Positions 18,918-31,232 of a stretch of DNA of 64,000 nucleotides are shown piece after piece. The notes beneath the pieces were generated by a model. That model saw only the letters and a list, made by a program, of their open reading frames with translations. It was not told the origin of the DNA and searched no databases. The stretch covers positions 43,372 through 107,371 of the forward strand of contig CAYUOR010000002.1 of NCBI GenBank assembly GCA_964446535.1. Direction: 5' to 3'. Position 1 is the stretch's first letter, and each line of letters starts with the position of its first letter. A program made the position numbers and the translations under genes. Origin of the DNA: an uncultured Candidatus Saccharibacteria bacterium (GTDB lineage: Bacteria; Patescibacteriota; Minisyncoccia; Phycocordibacterales; Zambryskibacteraceae).

Positions 18918-19679
18918 ATGCCGAAACCATTATTGGTAGCAAATTGGAAGAATTATCCGAACTCCATCGACGAAGCCAGACTACTCCTAGCTAAACTAGC
19001 AAGGGCTAAAAGATATTTGAAAAAAACTGCATTTTTCATCGCACCACCATTACCGTACCTTGAAGCGGTGGCCGACAGGGCAAAAAGCTTTTCTCAACTT
19101 GCCTGCCAGGATGTGATGGAAGCGCCTAGCGGCACATACACAGGTGTTGTTACCATGGACATGCTTAAAAGCCTAGGCACGAGACTTGTAATTCTTGGTC
19201 ATAGCGAGCGGAGAGCTTTGGGAGAAACCAATGAGCAGATTTCTCGCAAGGTGAAAAATGTTCTTCGCGCCGGCTTGGCCCCGATCGTTTGTGTCGGCGA
19301 ACCATCTCGGGACCACGAGGGGAGACACTTCGAATTCTTAAGGGAGCAGATAAAGGCATCTTTATTCGGCTTAACCAACAAGACTGATGCCTCAAAAATA
19401 ATTGTCGCCTATGAACCTGTTTGGGCTGTGGGTAGCAAGGCGCTTGGTGCAATAGAGCCGAGCGATTTAGCCGAATCGGTTCTTTTCATAAAGAAAGTTT
19501 TAAACGATATTTTCGGACGTAAAATTGCCGATAAAATTTCCATTCTCTACGGCGGCTCTGTTGACGCCTCAAACGCTAAAAAACTTTTCACCAAGACGGG
19601 TATCAGGGGTTATCTTGTCGGGAGAGCATCACTCAATGCTAAGGTTTTCGAGAGTATTGTTAGGGAGTTACTTTCATGA
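18918..19679 (+). CDS. tpiA: Triosephosphate isomerase
   Basis: ANWK, GHSERR, AYEPVWAVG, LYGGSV, LVGRAS. Confidence 0.95.
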   Translation: MPKPLLVANWKNYPNSIDEARLLLAKLARAKRYLKKTAFFIAPPLPYLEAVADRAKSFSQLACQDVMEAPSGTYTGVVTMDMLKSLGTRLVILGHSERRALGETNEQISRKVKNVLRAGLAPIVCVGEPSRDHEGRHFEFLREQIKASLFGLTNKTDASKIIVAYEPVWAVGSKALGAIEPSDLAESVLFIKKVLNDIFGRKIADKISILYGGSVDASNAKKLFTKTGIRGYLVGRASLNAKVFESIVRELLS

Positions 19680-20713
19680 TGAAAACAATTAATGAAGCAA
19701 AAGATTTGAAAGACAAACGTGTTCTGGTGCGGGTGGACTGGAGCGTACCTGTGGCGGGTGAAGAGGTGGTAAGTGATTATCAGATTCTAAAAACTCTTCC
19801 GACCATAGAATATCTTAAAAATTCTGGGGCCAAAATAATTATCGCAAGCCACATGGAGCGCGATGCAGATTCACTTAAACCGATTTACAATTATGTAAAA
19901 AAGTTTTTACCCGAACTTACTTTTGTTAAGAAAAGCAACCTAATGCTTTTAGAAAATCTCCGCCACCATGCAGGTGAGAAGGACAATTCTCCAGAATTCG
20001 CCAAAAAACTCGCGAAAATGGCCGATATTTTCGTCAATGAAGCTTTTCCGGTATCGCACAGGCAGCATGCTTCAGTCGTTGGGGTACCAAAGCTTCTGCC
20101 TAGTTATGCCGGACTACAACTTGCACGCGAAATTGAGGTGTTATCCAAAGCCTTTTACCCAAAGCATCCCTTTCTCTTTATTCTAGGTGGAGCAAAGTTT
20201 GACACCAAGCTCCCGCTACTTAAAAAATTTATTCACGTTGCCGACAAAATCTTTGTTGGCGGCGCTCTGGCTCACAACTTTTTCAAAGAAATGGGGCGCG
20301 ACATAGGGGACTCTCTTGTCAGTAGTGGCGACTATGACCTCAGAGAGCTTCTCCAGACTGATAAAATTTCTTTACCCGAAGACACTATTACTGAGGGCAC
20401 AAAGATTATGGATGCCGGACCGATTACTCTAGAGAATCTTCGCCGTAAAATTATGAATGCGCAATTAATTCTTTGGAACGGTCCCCTGGGCGCCTACGAG
20501 AGGGGATATCGGACGGCGACCCTTGAATTAGCCAAGATGATTGCCGAATCCGGCCGTGAGTCGATTATCGGCGGGGGCGACACTTTAGCTGCCGTAACGG
20601 AGCTCAATATTTTTGATAAATTTACTTTTGTCTCTACTGGCGGTGGAGCTATGCTTGATTTTCTTTCTTCTGGTACCCTACCCGGAATTGAGGCACTTAA
20701 AGAGAGCGTATAA
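19676..20713 (+). CDS. pgk: Phosphoglycerate kinase (compact)
   Basis: KRVLVRVD, LLENLR, GGAK, WNGPLG, GGGDT, STGGGA. Confidence 0.93.
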   Translation: MMKTINEAKDLKDKRVLVRVDWSVPVAGEEVVSDYQILKTLPTIEYLKNSGAKIIIASHMERDADSLKPIYNYVKKFLPELTFVKKSNLMLLENLRHHAGEKDNSPEFAKKLAKMADIFVNEAFPVSHRQHASVVGVPKLLPSYAGLQLAREIEVLSKAFYPKHPFLFILGGAKFDTKLPLLKKFIHVADKIFVGGALAHNFFKEMGRDIGDSLVSSGDYDLRELLQTDKISLPEDTITEGTKIMDAGPITLENLRRKIMNAQLILWNGPLGAYERGYRTATLELAKMIAESGRESIIGGGDTLAAVTELNIFDKFTFVSTGGGAMLDFLSSGTLPGIEALKESV

Positions 20714-21062
20714 TTTTTTCCGCGTTCGTTTTAAAATCGTTTTTGTCGCCTTCGACTCCCGAGTTGGGGAAAACCCAGATATGAGCATGCTCCACCTCAT
20801 CGCCGACAATTCTTGAAAGTATAAAATCAGTGTTAAATGCTTTCTGTAATGCCTTGGCGATTTTTCGTGCCACCTCGAAATATTCACCCGCATTCGGCAC
20901 ATCCCAGACCCAGCGATAGTGCTTTTTCGGGATTACTTGAGTGTGTCCGGGAGACTGAGGATTAATATCCAGGAAAGCTAAAAAGTTTTCGTCTTCGTAA
21001 ACCTGGTGTGAAGGTATTTGGCCCGAAACGATTTTACAGAATACGCATTTTTCGTTTTTCAT
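20697..21062 (-). CDS. HIT family nucleotide hydrolase
   Basis: CVFCKI, FLDINP, GHTQVIPK, HAHIW (third His replaced). Confidence 0.9.
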   Translation of the reverse strand: MKNEKCVFCKIVSGQIPSHQVYEDENFLAFLDINPQSPGHTQVIPKKHYRWVWDVPNAGEYFEVARKIAKALQKAFNTDFILSRIVGDEVEHAHIWVFPNSGVEGDKNDFKTNAEKIIRSL

Positions 21063-21063
21063 A

Positions 21064-21966
21064 TTAATAACTTCTGGAGTTAATTAATCTGCCGAACCTG
21101 TCATATAGTTCTATTGTTTCGTATTCATTTGCCCACATTTCCCAACCCCTACCCAGAAAAACCCTCCATGTCTTACCGTAGAAATCTTCATCATTCACGT
21201 GTGAAGCAATACAGCCCGCGTAGCTGAAACGCTCTTTGATAAAGGCGACACAAGCGCCTGAAAGCGGCTTACCATTTACACAATTACGACAAACGGAACC
21301 ATCGGCCTCCCTGGTGTTAAACTCCGGTGTCTGACAGCTCGGCAGACGCTCTATGAATTTCCGACATTCTACATCAAGATATTCGAGCCCCCGCTCTTGA
21401 GACGGGCGCGGGCAGCTCCTACTTAGGGCGGGGGTAAATTTGTATTCATCCGTATTTTCAAGGTAGCCACTACAAATATTTTCTTTAAAACTTACAATTT
21501 TGTAAGGAGCTTCGACAGTAATAGCACCCGTTGTAATTATTGCTCTCTCGCCACGCTCAAGAATAATATCAAGCATTAAATTGTTGTTGCTTGGTGAGAG
21601 GAACGGGGTGCCGCGTCCGATGTAGGCAATATCGGGGGCAAAGTAGCGCAACTGGCCACCGATGTTGTATGGACGCTTGTCCTTGGCGTTTTTCAGATAC
21701 CAGCCCGTAATATTTATCGGATCTCGTCCGCGGTTATTTATTATTATGTATTCTTCAAATGACTGATAAGATCTTGCCGCGTTACCAGTACTTATAGACA
21801 CCTCAACCTCGCTTGACACCTCTCTCGAGACAACATTCTCTTTTCTTTCTGATACAGAGGTCTTTTCTCGCGATTGCGTGCTCGTTCTGCCTAGAGAAGT
21901 AATAATTAAAGCAATAATTACCACGACTAGTATCACCACGCCCTCGGTCGTGCTGCTTTTTTTCAT
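21064..21966 (-). CDS. Membrane-anchored protein with lamin-tail-like and Cys-rich parts
   Basis: N-terminal TM; EYIII.N....INITGW.L; ETIELYD..G; several Cys. Confidence 0.7.
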   Translation of the reverse strand: MKKSSTTEGVVILVVVIIALIITSLGRTSTQSREKTSVSERKENVVSREVSSEVEVSISTGNAARSYQSFEEYIIINNRGRDPINITGWYLKNAKDKRPYNIGGQLRYFAPDIAYIGRGTPFLSPSNNNLMLDIILERGERAIITTGAITVEAPYKIVSFKENICSGYLENTDEYKFTPALSRSCPRPSQERGLEYLDVECRKFIERLPSCQTPEFNTREADGSVCRNCVNGKPLSGACVAFIKERFSYAGCIASHVNDEDFYGKTWRVFLGRGWEMWANEYETIELYDRFGRLINSRSY

Positions 21967-22034
21967 AGAACCATATTAATACAGCCGCAGGCTTAATCAA
22001 AATACATTATTTCTCGCGTGCTAAAATATGTTCA

Positions 22035-23681
22035 ATGAAATACTTCCCAGAATTATTTGAGGCCATGCTTCAGGAGCGGGGTCTTTCGGATGGTGAACGC
22101 GACAACTTTCTTAATCCAGATTATGAGAAGCTCCACGACCCGCTTCTTTTACCCGATATGGCACGAGCCAGAGACAGGCTAATCGGGGCCCTGAAAAATA
22201 ATGAACATATCACGATTTTTTCCGACTATGATGCGGACGGTATTCCAGGCGCTGTGGTACTCTCAGATTTTTTTCGTAGGATTAATTATGACAACATTTC
22301 TTTTTACATCCCGCACAGGCACAACGAAGGATTCGGACTCAGTCTTGATGTCATTGAAGAATGTCTAAGGCGTGGGACAAGTCTTCTTATCACCATAGAT
22401 TGCGGCGTTGTTGATTTCGACGAGGTACTTCACGCTCAAAATAACGGCATAGACGTCATCATCACCGATCACCACAAAACGAAAGACAAACTGCCAAAGG
22501 CCTACGCTGTTATAAACCCAAATAGGGAAGACTCTAAGTACGAATTCAAAGAGCTTTGCGGTTCTGCCGTTGTTTTCAAACTCGTGCAGGCGGTGATGAA
22601 TACCAACACCCTTGGAGTAAAGCCCGGACTAGAGAAGTGGTCTCTGGATATGGTGGCTATCGCCACTCTTTCTGATATGGTTCCGCTTCTTGGAGAAAAC
22701 AGGATTCTGTCTCGCTTTGGACTTGAAGTCTTGCGCAAATCGCCGAGACCGGGACTCGCCGCCCTTTTTAAGAGAGCGCGTCTTGATCAGAAAAATCTTA
22801 CCGAAGACGATGTGGTCTTTATGATTACACCAAGAATAAACGCCGCCTCACGTATGGGTGTTTCTGAAGATGCCCTGAAGCTTTTACGCACGAACGATCC
22901 GATAGAGGCCGACAGGCTTTCACTCCACCTGGAGAAAATAAATAACCAGCGCAAAGGTGTTGTAGCAAGTATTATCAAAGATGCCAAATCGCATCTCGAC
23001 AAAAGAGAAAAGATTTCAGAAGTAATAGTTATAGGCAATCCCGAGTGGCGCCCCGGTCTTTTGGGTCTTGTTGCAAATTCTTTGGTAGAAGAATACGCCA
23101 GACCCGCCTTCGTCTGGGGTCGGGATGGGAACGGCTTACTCAAGGGATCTTGTCGTGCACCGGAAAATTTTGATCTAGTCAAACTTATGAATTTTACCGC
23201 GGACTATTTTACCGAATTTGGCGGACACGCCGGTGCTGGCGGATTTTCCACCAGCTTTGAAAACCTTTTGGTTCTTGAAGAAAAACTTTCTCTGGAGGCT
23301 GCAGAGGCGAAAGTTTCTGTTGAGAACGTGACCTCGGCGATAAGTTTACCGATAAGCCTCTCCGATATAGGAGAAAATTTGTGGCAGACCGTTTCTCTCT
23401 TTGCTCCATTCGGTGTTGGGAATAGGAAGCCGATTTTTAAGATTCCTAATGCCGAAATTAAATCAATAAAAACATTCGGCAAAGAGGGGAACCACTTGGA
23501 GGTACTCTTTAATGGCGGAAGTCGGGAAGTTAAGGCGATTTCTTTCTTTTCCAGTCCTGAAAATTTCGGAACCCCGCTTCTTCCCGGGATAAGAGTTAAT
23601 GTTTTGGCCAATCTGGAAAAGTCTTATTTTGGCAGTCGTCCAGAACTTAGGCTAAGAATTCTCGATATTATAAAAATATGA
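22035..23681 (+). CDS. recJ: ssDNA exonuclease RecJ
   Basis: DYDADG, ITIDCG, TDHH, PRINAASR, GGHAGAGG, PFGVGN. Confidence 0.95.
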   Translation: MKYFPELFEAMLQERGLSDGERDNFLNPDYEKLHDPLLLPDMARARDRLIGALKNNEHITIFSDYDADGIPGAVVLSDFFRRINYDNISFYIPHRHNEGFGLSLDVIEECLRRGTSLLITIDCGVVDFDEVLHAQNNGIDVIITDHHKTKDKLPKAYAVINPNREDSKYEFKELCGSAVVFKLVQAVMNTNTLGVKPGLEKWSLDMVAIATLSDMVPLLGENRILSRFGLEVLRKSPRPGLAALFKRARLDQKNLTEDDVVFMITPRINAASRMGVSEDALKLLRTNDPIEADRLSLHLEKINNQRKGVVASIIKDAKSHLDKREKISEVIVIGNPEWRPGLLGLVANSLVEEYARPAFVWGRDGNGLLKGSCRAPENFDLVKLMNFTADYFTEFGGHAGAGGFSTSFENLLVLEEKLSLEAAEAKVSVENVTSAISLPISLSDIGENLWQTVSLFAPFGVGNRKPIFKIPNAEIKSIKTFGKEGNHLEVLFNGGSREVKAISFFSSPENFGTPLLPGIRVNVLANLEKSYFGSRPELRLRILDIIKI

Positions 23682-24151
23682 CGGAAATTTATACCGACGG
23701 CGCTTCTCGCGGCAATCCAGGACCTGGGGGCTGGGGGGTAGTCGTTCTCTCTGAGAGAGAAGTAAGAGAGCTTGGCGGTGGAGAGCCCCGCACGACCAAC
23801 AATAAAATGGAGTTAACCGCCGCAATTCGGGCTTTAGAAGCCTGTTCCGATAAAAAGCTGACCATTTACACCGATTCAGAGTATGTTGCTAAAGGTATGA
23901 CCGAGTGGATATTCAATTGGCAGAAAAAAGGTTGGAAAACAGCAAACAAAAAACCAGTTTTAAACCAAGATTTATGGCAAAAGCTCTCTTCTCTTGCCGA
24001 AGACAGAGAAATTTCTTGGAAATATGTGCCGGCGCATAGCGGTATTCGCCTTAACGAACGAGCCGACGAAATTGCCACCGGCTTTGCCGACGCAGTTTCG
24101 GGTGCCGAGAAGCCAAAGCTTTTCCATGGACCGAAAAACGCGTACCGATAG
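23678..24151 (+). CDS. rnhA: Ribonuclease HI
   Basis: YTDGASRGNPGPGG, TTNNKMEL, TDSEY, NERAD. Confidence 0.96.
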   Translation: MTEIYTDGASRGNPGPGGWGVVVLSEREVRELGGGEPRTTNNKMELTAAIRALEACSDKKLTIYTDSEYVAKGMTEWIFNWQKKGWKTANKKPVLNQDLWQKLSSLAEDREISWKYVPAHSGIRLNERADEIATGFADAVSGAEKPKLFHGPKNAYR

Positions 24152-25610
24152 TATCTTTGCAATAATTTTTGGATTTATTATTGGAGTTTTTGCTGCTTCA
24201 TTTTATCAATCCAACATTTTCCTTGTTCTTTTTATCATCTTTTTGGGCTGTGCTGTTTTGTTAACCGATAAACTAAGAAGCAGGCTTATTAGTAGAGAAA
24301 GCTTACTTATATCTCTTGTACTAATTGCTTCTGGGTTAGGCATTTTCCGCTATGAGATCAAAGATTATTACGTTCCACTAAAGCCGTCTGAGACAGGCAT
24401 TGTCATTAGTGAGCCGGAACAAAGGGAAAATACCACGCGTTTTGTTTTCAAGGCCGACAATGGAGAAAAAGTTTTGGTTAACACAGATTTATACAGCCAT
24501 GTTCTATATGGTGACAGGGTGAAGGTCTCTGGAAAACCAGTCATTCCAGGATTAATAGAGAACGATGATGGGCTAAGGGTGTTTGATTACGGAAAATATC
24601 TTGCCAAAGATGATATTTACCTCGTTTTAAATTTCGTCGAGGTCGAAATCGTCTCGCGGCAACATGGAAATCCGCTCAAAAACTTTTTATTTAAAATTAA
24701 AAATAGTTTCACAGCTAAAATAAAAGAAATACTTGCCGAACCATATGCCAGCTTACTTTCCGGGCTTATTGTTTCTGGTAAGGGCGCCATGCCGCGCGAT
24801 ATTTTGGAAGAATTTCGCCGTGCAGGAATTATTCATATTGTCGTACTTTCTGGCTACAACATAACTATTATCGCCGAATTCATCAGAAGATTTTTCCAGA
24901 GTGTTTTTCTCGCGACCAGAGCCAGGTTCGCCTTACCACTCAGTATCGCCGCCTCAGTTTTCGCCATTTTAGGCTTTGTGCTTATGACTGGTGCCGAAGC
25001 AACGGTAGTACGTGCCTCTATCATGGTGCTGGTAGTTATAGTTGCGAAAATGTTGGGCAAAATCCACTCCGCACCCAGAGCACTTCTTATCGCCGGTTTC
25101 CTAATGGTTATTCATAATCCAAAGATTCTTGTTTTCGATCCCTCTTTTCAACTATCTTTTCTTGCCACCCTTGGTCTTGTTTACGCAGCACCGCTCTTTG
25201 AGAGAATTTTTAAACAGGTACCAGAAAAATTTGGATTTAGAATTATCCTCTCCACAACACTAGCGACACAACTCTTTGTTCTACCTTTTATTATTTACTC
25301 AATAGGTGATTTTTCTCTGGTATCTCTTTTGTCCAACCTTTTAGTTCTTGCGGTGATTCCTCTTACAATGCTTCTAGGTTTCCTTGCCACTCTACTTGCC
25401 TACTTAGGCACTATTTTTGCACTACCTCTTGCCTATCTAGCACACATTCTCCTTGCCTGGATTCTTTTCGTGGCATCAACTTTAGGCAACCTATCGCTTG
25501 CGTCAATATCGGTCCCCCCAATCTCCCCCGTGGCTTTGGCTTTGTTTTATCTGATACTCGCTCTTATTTTCTGGCGGCTAAAAAATTATTCTCAACATTC
25601 TCCCAATTAA
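24126..25610 (+). CDS. comEC: ComEC/Rec2 competence channel (N-terminal/competence part)
   Basis: GIIHIVVLSGYNI, VVRASIM, SFQLSFLAT; ATG at 24126 preferred over the ORF-track start. Confidence 0.92.
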   Translation: MDRKTRTDSIFAIIFGFIIGVFAASFYQSNIFLVLFIIFLGCAVLLTDKLRSRLISRESLLISLVLIASGLGIFRYEIKDYYVPLKPSETGIVISEPEQRENTTRFVFKADNGEKVLVNTDLYSHVLYGDRVKVSGKPVIPGLIENDDGLRVFDYGKYLAKDDIYLVLNFVEVEIVSRQHGNPLKNFLFKIKNSFTAKIKEILAEPYASLLSGLIVSGKGAMPRDILEEFRRAGIIHIVVLSGYNITIIAEFIRRFFQSVFLATRARFALPLSIAASVFAILGFVLMTGAEATVVRASIMVLVVIVAKMLGKIHSAPRALLIAGFLMVIHNPKILVFDPSFQLSFLATLGLVYAAPLFERIFKQVPEKFGFRIILSTTLATQLFVLPFIIYSIGDFSLVSLLSNLLVLAVIPLTMLLGFLATLLAYLGTIFALPLAYLAHILLAWILFVASTLGNLSLASISVPPISPVALALFYLILALIFWRLKNYSQHSPN

Positions 25611-26160
25611 GATTCGCGAAAAATGCTTCAACATATTTTTTCTTCTCCGACGGTGTGTAGTCTATAAAATATGCGTGTTCCCACATATCAAGAACAAGAA
25701 CAGGGGAGAGGCCAACGAGCTGCCCAAGATGGTGCTCATCTACCCAAGCGTTAATTAACCTCTTTGTTTCTTTGTCGTAATAGAGAATTGCCCAACCGAT
25801 ACCGCGCGTAAGAGCAATTGCTTTAAATCTGTTGAGCCACATATTAAAATCGCCCCACTCACTCTCAATCGCCTTTTTAAGTTCACTTTTTTCATCGAGT
25901 GTTGTTGTCCCACCTTCAAAATGCGCAAAATAGTATTCATGGTTTCTCATTCCATCAAATTCAAAACCAAAGCGGCGCTGGAGCTCTCCCAAGGCATAGG
26001 CATTTGCCTCGCTCTCTTTTGCGTATTCCTCAATTTTTGCCAAGATGGTATTGGTGTTTTTGACGTAACCCGAGTAGAGTTTCAGGTGTTCTTCAATAGC
26101 TTTTTCGCTGAGGCCGTTTAATTTTGGAATGCTGAATTTTTTTTCTTCGAATAGTTTCAT
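25564..26160 (-). CDS. sod: Fe/Mn superoxide dismutase
   Basis: EEHLKLY, NHEYYF, G.GW, DMWEHAY. Confidence 0.9.
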   Translation of the reverse strand: MKLFEEKKFSIPKLNGLSEKAIEEHLKLYSGYVKNTNTILAKIEEYAKESEANAYALGELQRRFGFEFDGMRNHEYYFAHFEGGTTTLDEKSELKKAIESEWGDFNMWLNRFKAIALTRGIGWAILYYDKETKRLINAWVDEHHLGQLVGLSPVLVLDMWEHAYFIDYTPSEKKKYVEAFFANLNWENVENNFLAARK

Positions 26161-26183
26161 ATTAGAGACATTATACTATAAGC

Positions 26184-27041
26184 ATGGATATTGTTAGAAA
26201 ATACTGGTCAGAACTTATCGTAGCAGGGCTAATTCTCGCGAATATCCTCGTCTTTCTTTCCCTTCATGAAAGGAGTCCCAATCAAATTCTCTCCGTATAT
26301 TTTTTGGATGTTGGACAGGGGGATGCGATTTTTATTGAATCACCATCGCGCCAGAGAATTTTAATTGACGGCGGTCGAAACAGGAAAGTTTTAACCGAGC
26401 TTGGCAAAATTTTGCCGTTTGCTGATAGAAGAATTGATTTTGTCATAGCGACGCATCCGGACGGTGACCACATTGGAGGGTTGCCGGAGGTTGTAAGCCG
26501 CTATAAAGTTGGCACCTATTTGGAGCCCGGGGTTTTATCGGAAAGCTCTGTAAATACAGAATTGCACGATCGTCTCGAAATAAAAAATATTCCAATAATT
26601 TTAGCGCGAAGAGGTATGGTGATTGTTCTTGGTGATGACGTGCGACTAGAAATTCTTTTCCCCGCGGTCGACGTTTCAAATTGGGAAAGTAACAGGGCCT
26701 CTATCGTGTCTAGACTTGTATATGGTGACCACGAATTTCTGTTGACAGGAGACTCCCCCTCTCAGATAGAGCACGTCTTAACCATCCTTGATAAGGAAAA
26801 AATTGATGTAGAAGTTTTAAAGGTGGGGCACCACGGTTCGCGCACCTCCACTTCGCTCGAGTTTGTCCAGGCAACAACCCCCGAATATGCGGTAATATCC
26901 GCCGGACGCGACAATACTTACGGCCATCCCCATCAAGAAGTTTTGGTCAATTTAGAAAAAGTCCAGGCGAAAATTTTAAGCACCACCAACCTTGGCAGAA
27001 TAAAGTTTGAAACGGACGGAAAAGTACTCAGGGTTAAATAA
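26184..27041 (+). CDS. ComEC-type metallo-beta-lactamase-fold nuclease (split C-terminal part)
   Basis: FLDVGQGDA, THPDGDHIGG, LTGD, KVGHHGS, YGHPH. Confidence 0.92.
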   Translation: MDIVRKYWSELIVAGLILANILVFLSLHERSPNQILSVYFLDVGQGDAIFIESPSRQRILIDGGRNRKVLTELGKILPFADRRIDFVIATHPDGDHIGGLPEVVSRYKVGTYLEPGVLSESSVNTELHDRLEIKNIPIILARRGMVIVLGDDVRLEILFPAVDVSNWESNRASIVSRLVYGDHEFLLTGDSPSQIEHVLTILDKEKIDVEVLKVGHHGSRTSTSLEFVQATTPEYAVISAGRDNTYGHPHQEVLVNLEKVQAKILSTTNLGRIKFETDGKVLRVK

Positions 27042-27276
27042 CCCCCGCTTTTTTGAGCACCGAATGAGCACCGCGTTTGTTTATGGTCTTTATAGCGCGA
27101 GTGGAGAGGACGAGGGTGATAGTTTTCTTGAGTTCGGGCACGTAAATGCGCTTTTTCTGGAAATTCGGGTACTTTCTCGTAAAGCCTGTCGGATTAAATT
27201 GGGTAGCACGAGTCCTGTTGGAGTAGCCCCCACCGATTTTCGAACCCTTTTTGCTGACTGGACAAACTTTCGCCAT
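27034..27276 (-). CDS. rpmB: 50S ribosomal protein bL28
   Basis: MAKVCPVSKK....G...SN; PNFQKKR; LSTRAIKT. Confidence 0.9.
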   Translation of the reverse strand: MAKVCPVSKKGSKIGGGYSNRTRATQFNPTGFTRKYPNFQKKRIYVPELKKTITLVLSTRAIKTINKRGAHSVLKKAGVI

Positions 27277-27310
27277 ATGGGGCTAAAGACTAGCATGTTA
27301 TAATGCCGAA

Positions 27311-27937
27311 ATGCAAGTTGATTTCCTCTTTCAAATCGTGATTCTTATCATGTCTGTCGTGATTCACGAAGTTACTCACGGCTATGTAGCCTCTATTTTA
27401 GGCGACCAGACCGCGCGCTACCAGGGCCGCTTAACACTTAACCCGATAAAGCATCTTGATTTCTTCGGCTCGTTTCTCGTGCCGCTACTTCTTAAGCTTT
27501 CTGGGGTAGGCATCATTCTCGGTTGGGCAAAGCCTGTGCCTTATAACCCGTACAATCTCCGCCCCGGTCGGTGGTCCGAGGCGCTCGTCGCGTTTGCCGG
27601 CCCTGGAGCCAATATCGTTCTCGCTCTTGTCTTTGGACTTTTTCTTCGTTTCACTATTTCGACTGGAGCAAGCTGGTTTAACGAAGACTTTTTATTTATC
27701 ACCAGTCTAGTTGTTTTTATCAACATCTTGCTTGCTATTTTCAACTTAATTCCGATTCCGCCCCTTGACGGCTCCAAAATCCTTTTCGCTATTTTCCCTG
27801 AAAAATTTTTAGAGCTGAGAAATTTCTTTGAGCGCTACGGCCTGGTGCTCGTACTCCTATTTGTTTTCTTTCTTTGGAAGTTCGTTTATCCCCTGGTCGG
27901 GGCGATTTTCAGCCTGATTACCGGTGTTTCATTCTAG
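27311..27937 (+). CDS. Site-2 protease (M50) family
   Basis: HEVTHG, TLNP.KH.D, AGP, FNLIPIPPLDG. Confidence 0.92.
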   Translation: MQVDFLFQIVILIMSVVIHEVTHGYVASILGDQTARYQGRLTLNPIKHLDFFGSFLVPLLLKLSGVGIILGWAKPVPYNPYNLRPGRWSEALVAFAGPGANIVLALVFGLFLRFTISTGASWFNEDFLFITSLVVFINILLAIFNLIPIPPLDGSKILFAIFPEKFLELRNFFERYGLVLVLLFVFFLWKFVYPLVGAIFSLITGVSF

Positions 27938-27940
27938 GAG

Positions 27941-27958
27941 CCTGCCTGCGCAGGCAGG
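27941..27958. repeat. 18-bp palindromic REP-like element
   Basis: CCTGCCTGCGCAGGCAGG; variants at 51315 and 56233. Confidence 0.7.
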
Positions 27959-28015
27959 TTGCATTTTAGCTCTGTTTCGGTTAGAGTGAGCTTTCCCCTG
28001 AGGGGTCTTTTTTAA

Positions 28016-28429
28016 ATGTCGACTATAAATCAGCTTGTCAGACGAAAGAAGAGAAAAAGAATTAGCCGCAAGACTAAAGCGGTTGCTTTGACGCGCGGAT
28101 TTAATACCATAAAAAATAGACCCATTCTATTCAATTCTCCGTTTAAGCGCGGTGTCGCGACAAAAGTTACGACAAAGACTCCCAAGAAACCAAACTCCGC
28201 TATCAGAAAAATCGCCCGCGTTAGGCTAACCAACGGTATGGAAGTGACAGCCTATATTCCTGGTATCGGCCACACTCTTCAAGAGCACTCGGTCGTCCTT
28301 CTTCGCGGCGGTCGTGTCAAGGATGTCGGCCTTCGCTATACCATTGTGCGTGGCGTACTTGATGCCACAGGAGTTGAGAGTAGACGACAAGCTAGAAGCC
28401 AGTATGGCGCCAAGAAGCCAAAGGCATAA
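28016..28429 (+). CDS. rpsL: 30S ribosomal protein uS12
   Basis: [24 protein letters not shown]. Confidence 0.97.
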   Translation: MSTINQLVRRKKRKRISRKTKAVALTRGFNTIKNRPILFNSPFKRGVATKVTTKTPKKPNSAIRKIARVRLTNGMEVTAYIPGIGHTLQEHSVVLLRGGRVKDVGLRYTIVRGVLDATGVESRRQARSQYGAKKPKA

Positions 28430-28435
28430 ACACTA

Positions 28436-28906
28436 ATGCGCAGGAAACTAAAAGCCAAGCCGAAAATAAATCCAGACTTTGTCTACGATTCGGAAAAAAT
28501 AACGAAATTCATAAACTATTGCATGGAACGCGGTAAGAAAAATACCGCAAGAAAGGTCGTCTACGATTCCTTCGAGCTTATTAAAGAAAAGACAAAAAAC
28601 CAAAACCCTCTTGAAATTTTCGAACTGGCTCTTAAAAATACTGGTCCAACCATGGAGGTTCGTTCACGCCGTGTCGGGGGCGCCAACTATCAAATCCCGC
28701 GCGAAGTTCGCCCCGAACGTCGTCAGTTCCTCTCTATGAAGTGGATAATTGATGCCGCAAGAACCAAGAAGGGCAAGCCCATGGCGGAAAAACTTGCCGA
28801 AGAAATTATTGCCGCCTCTAACAACGAAGGAGAAGCAATTCGTAAACGCGAAAATATGCACAAAATGGCCGAAGCCAACAAGGCTTTCGCCCACTTCGCC
28901 TGGTAA
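28436..28906 (+). CDS. rpsG: 30S ribosomal protein uS7
   Basis: [25 protein letters not shown]. Confidence 0.97.
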   Translation: MRRKLKAKPKINPDFVYDSEKITKFINYCMERGKKNTARKVVYDSFELIKEKTKNQNPLEIFELALKNTGPTMEVRSRRVGGANYQIPREVRPERRQFLSMKWIIDAARTKKGKPMAEKLAEEIIAASNNEGEAIRKRENMHKMAEANKAFAHFAW

Positions 28907-28911
28907 ATTTT

Positions 28912-31074
<2,163 letters not shown>

Positions 31075-31232
31075 TTGACTATTTGGACGGTTCTATATAA
31101 CATATTGCCCAAGCGTTATACGTGCGTTTGGCTTGATCTTTGAGATTATTCTCAATAAGTTCGGGTTAAGCGATTTCCTATGCGCTTTCACTTTAGACAC
31201 TAAATTAACTTAACCATTAATTCTTAATTACT

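Noticed and set aside
19676-20713. Short pgk as a pseudogene
   Set aside because: The frame is continuous, the main motifs are present, and it is coupled to tpiA; it looks compacted rather than broken.
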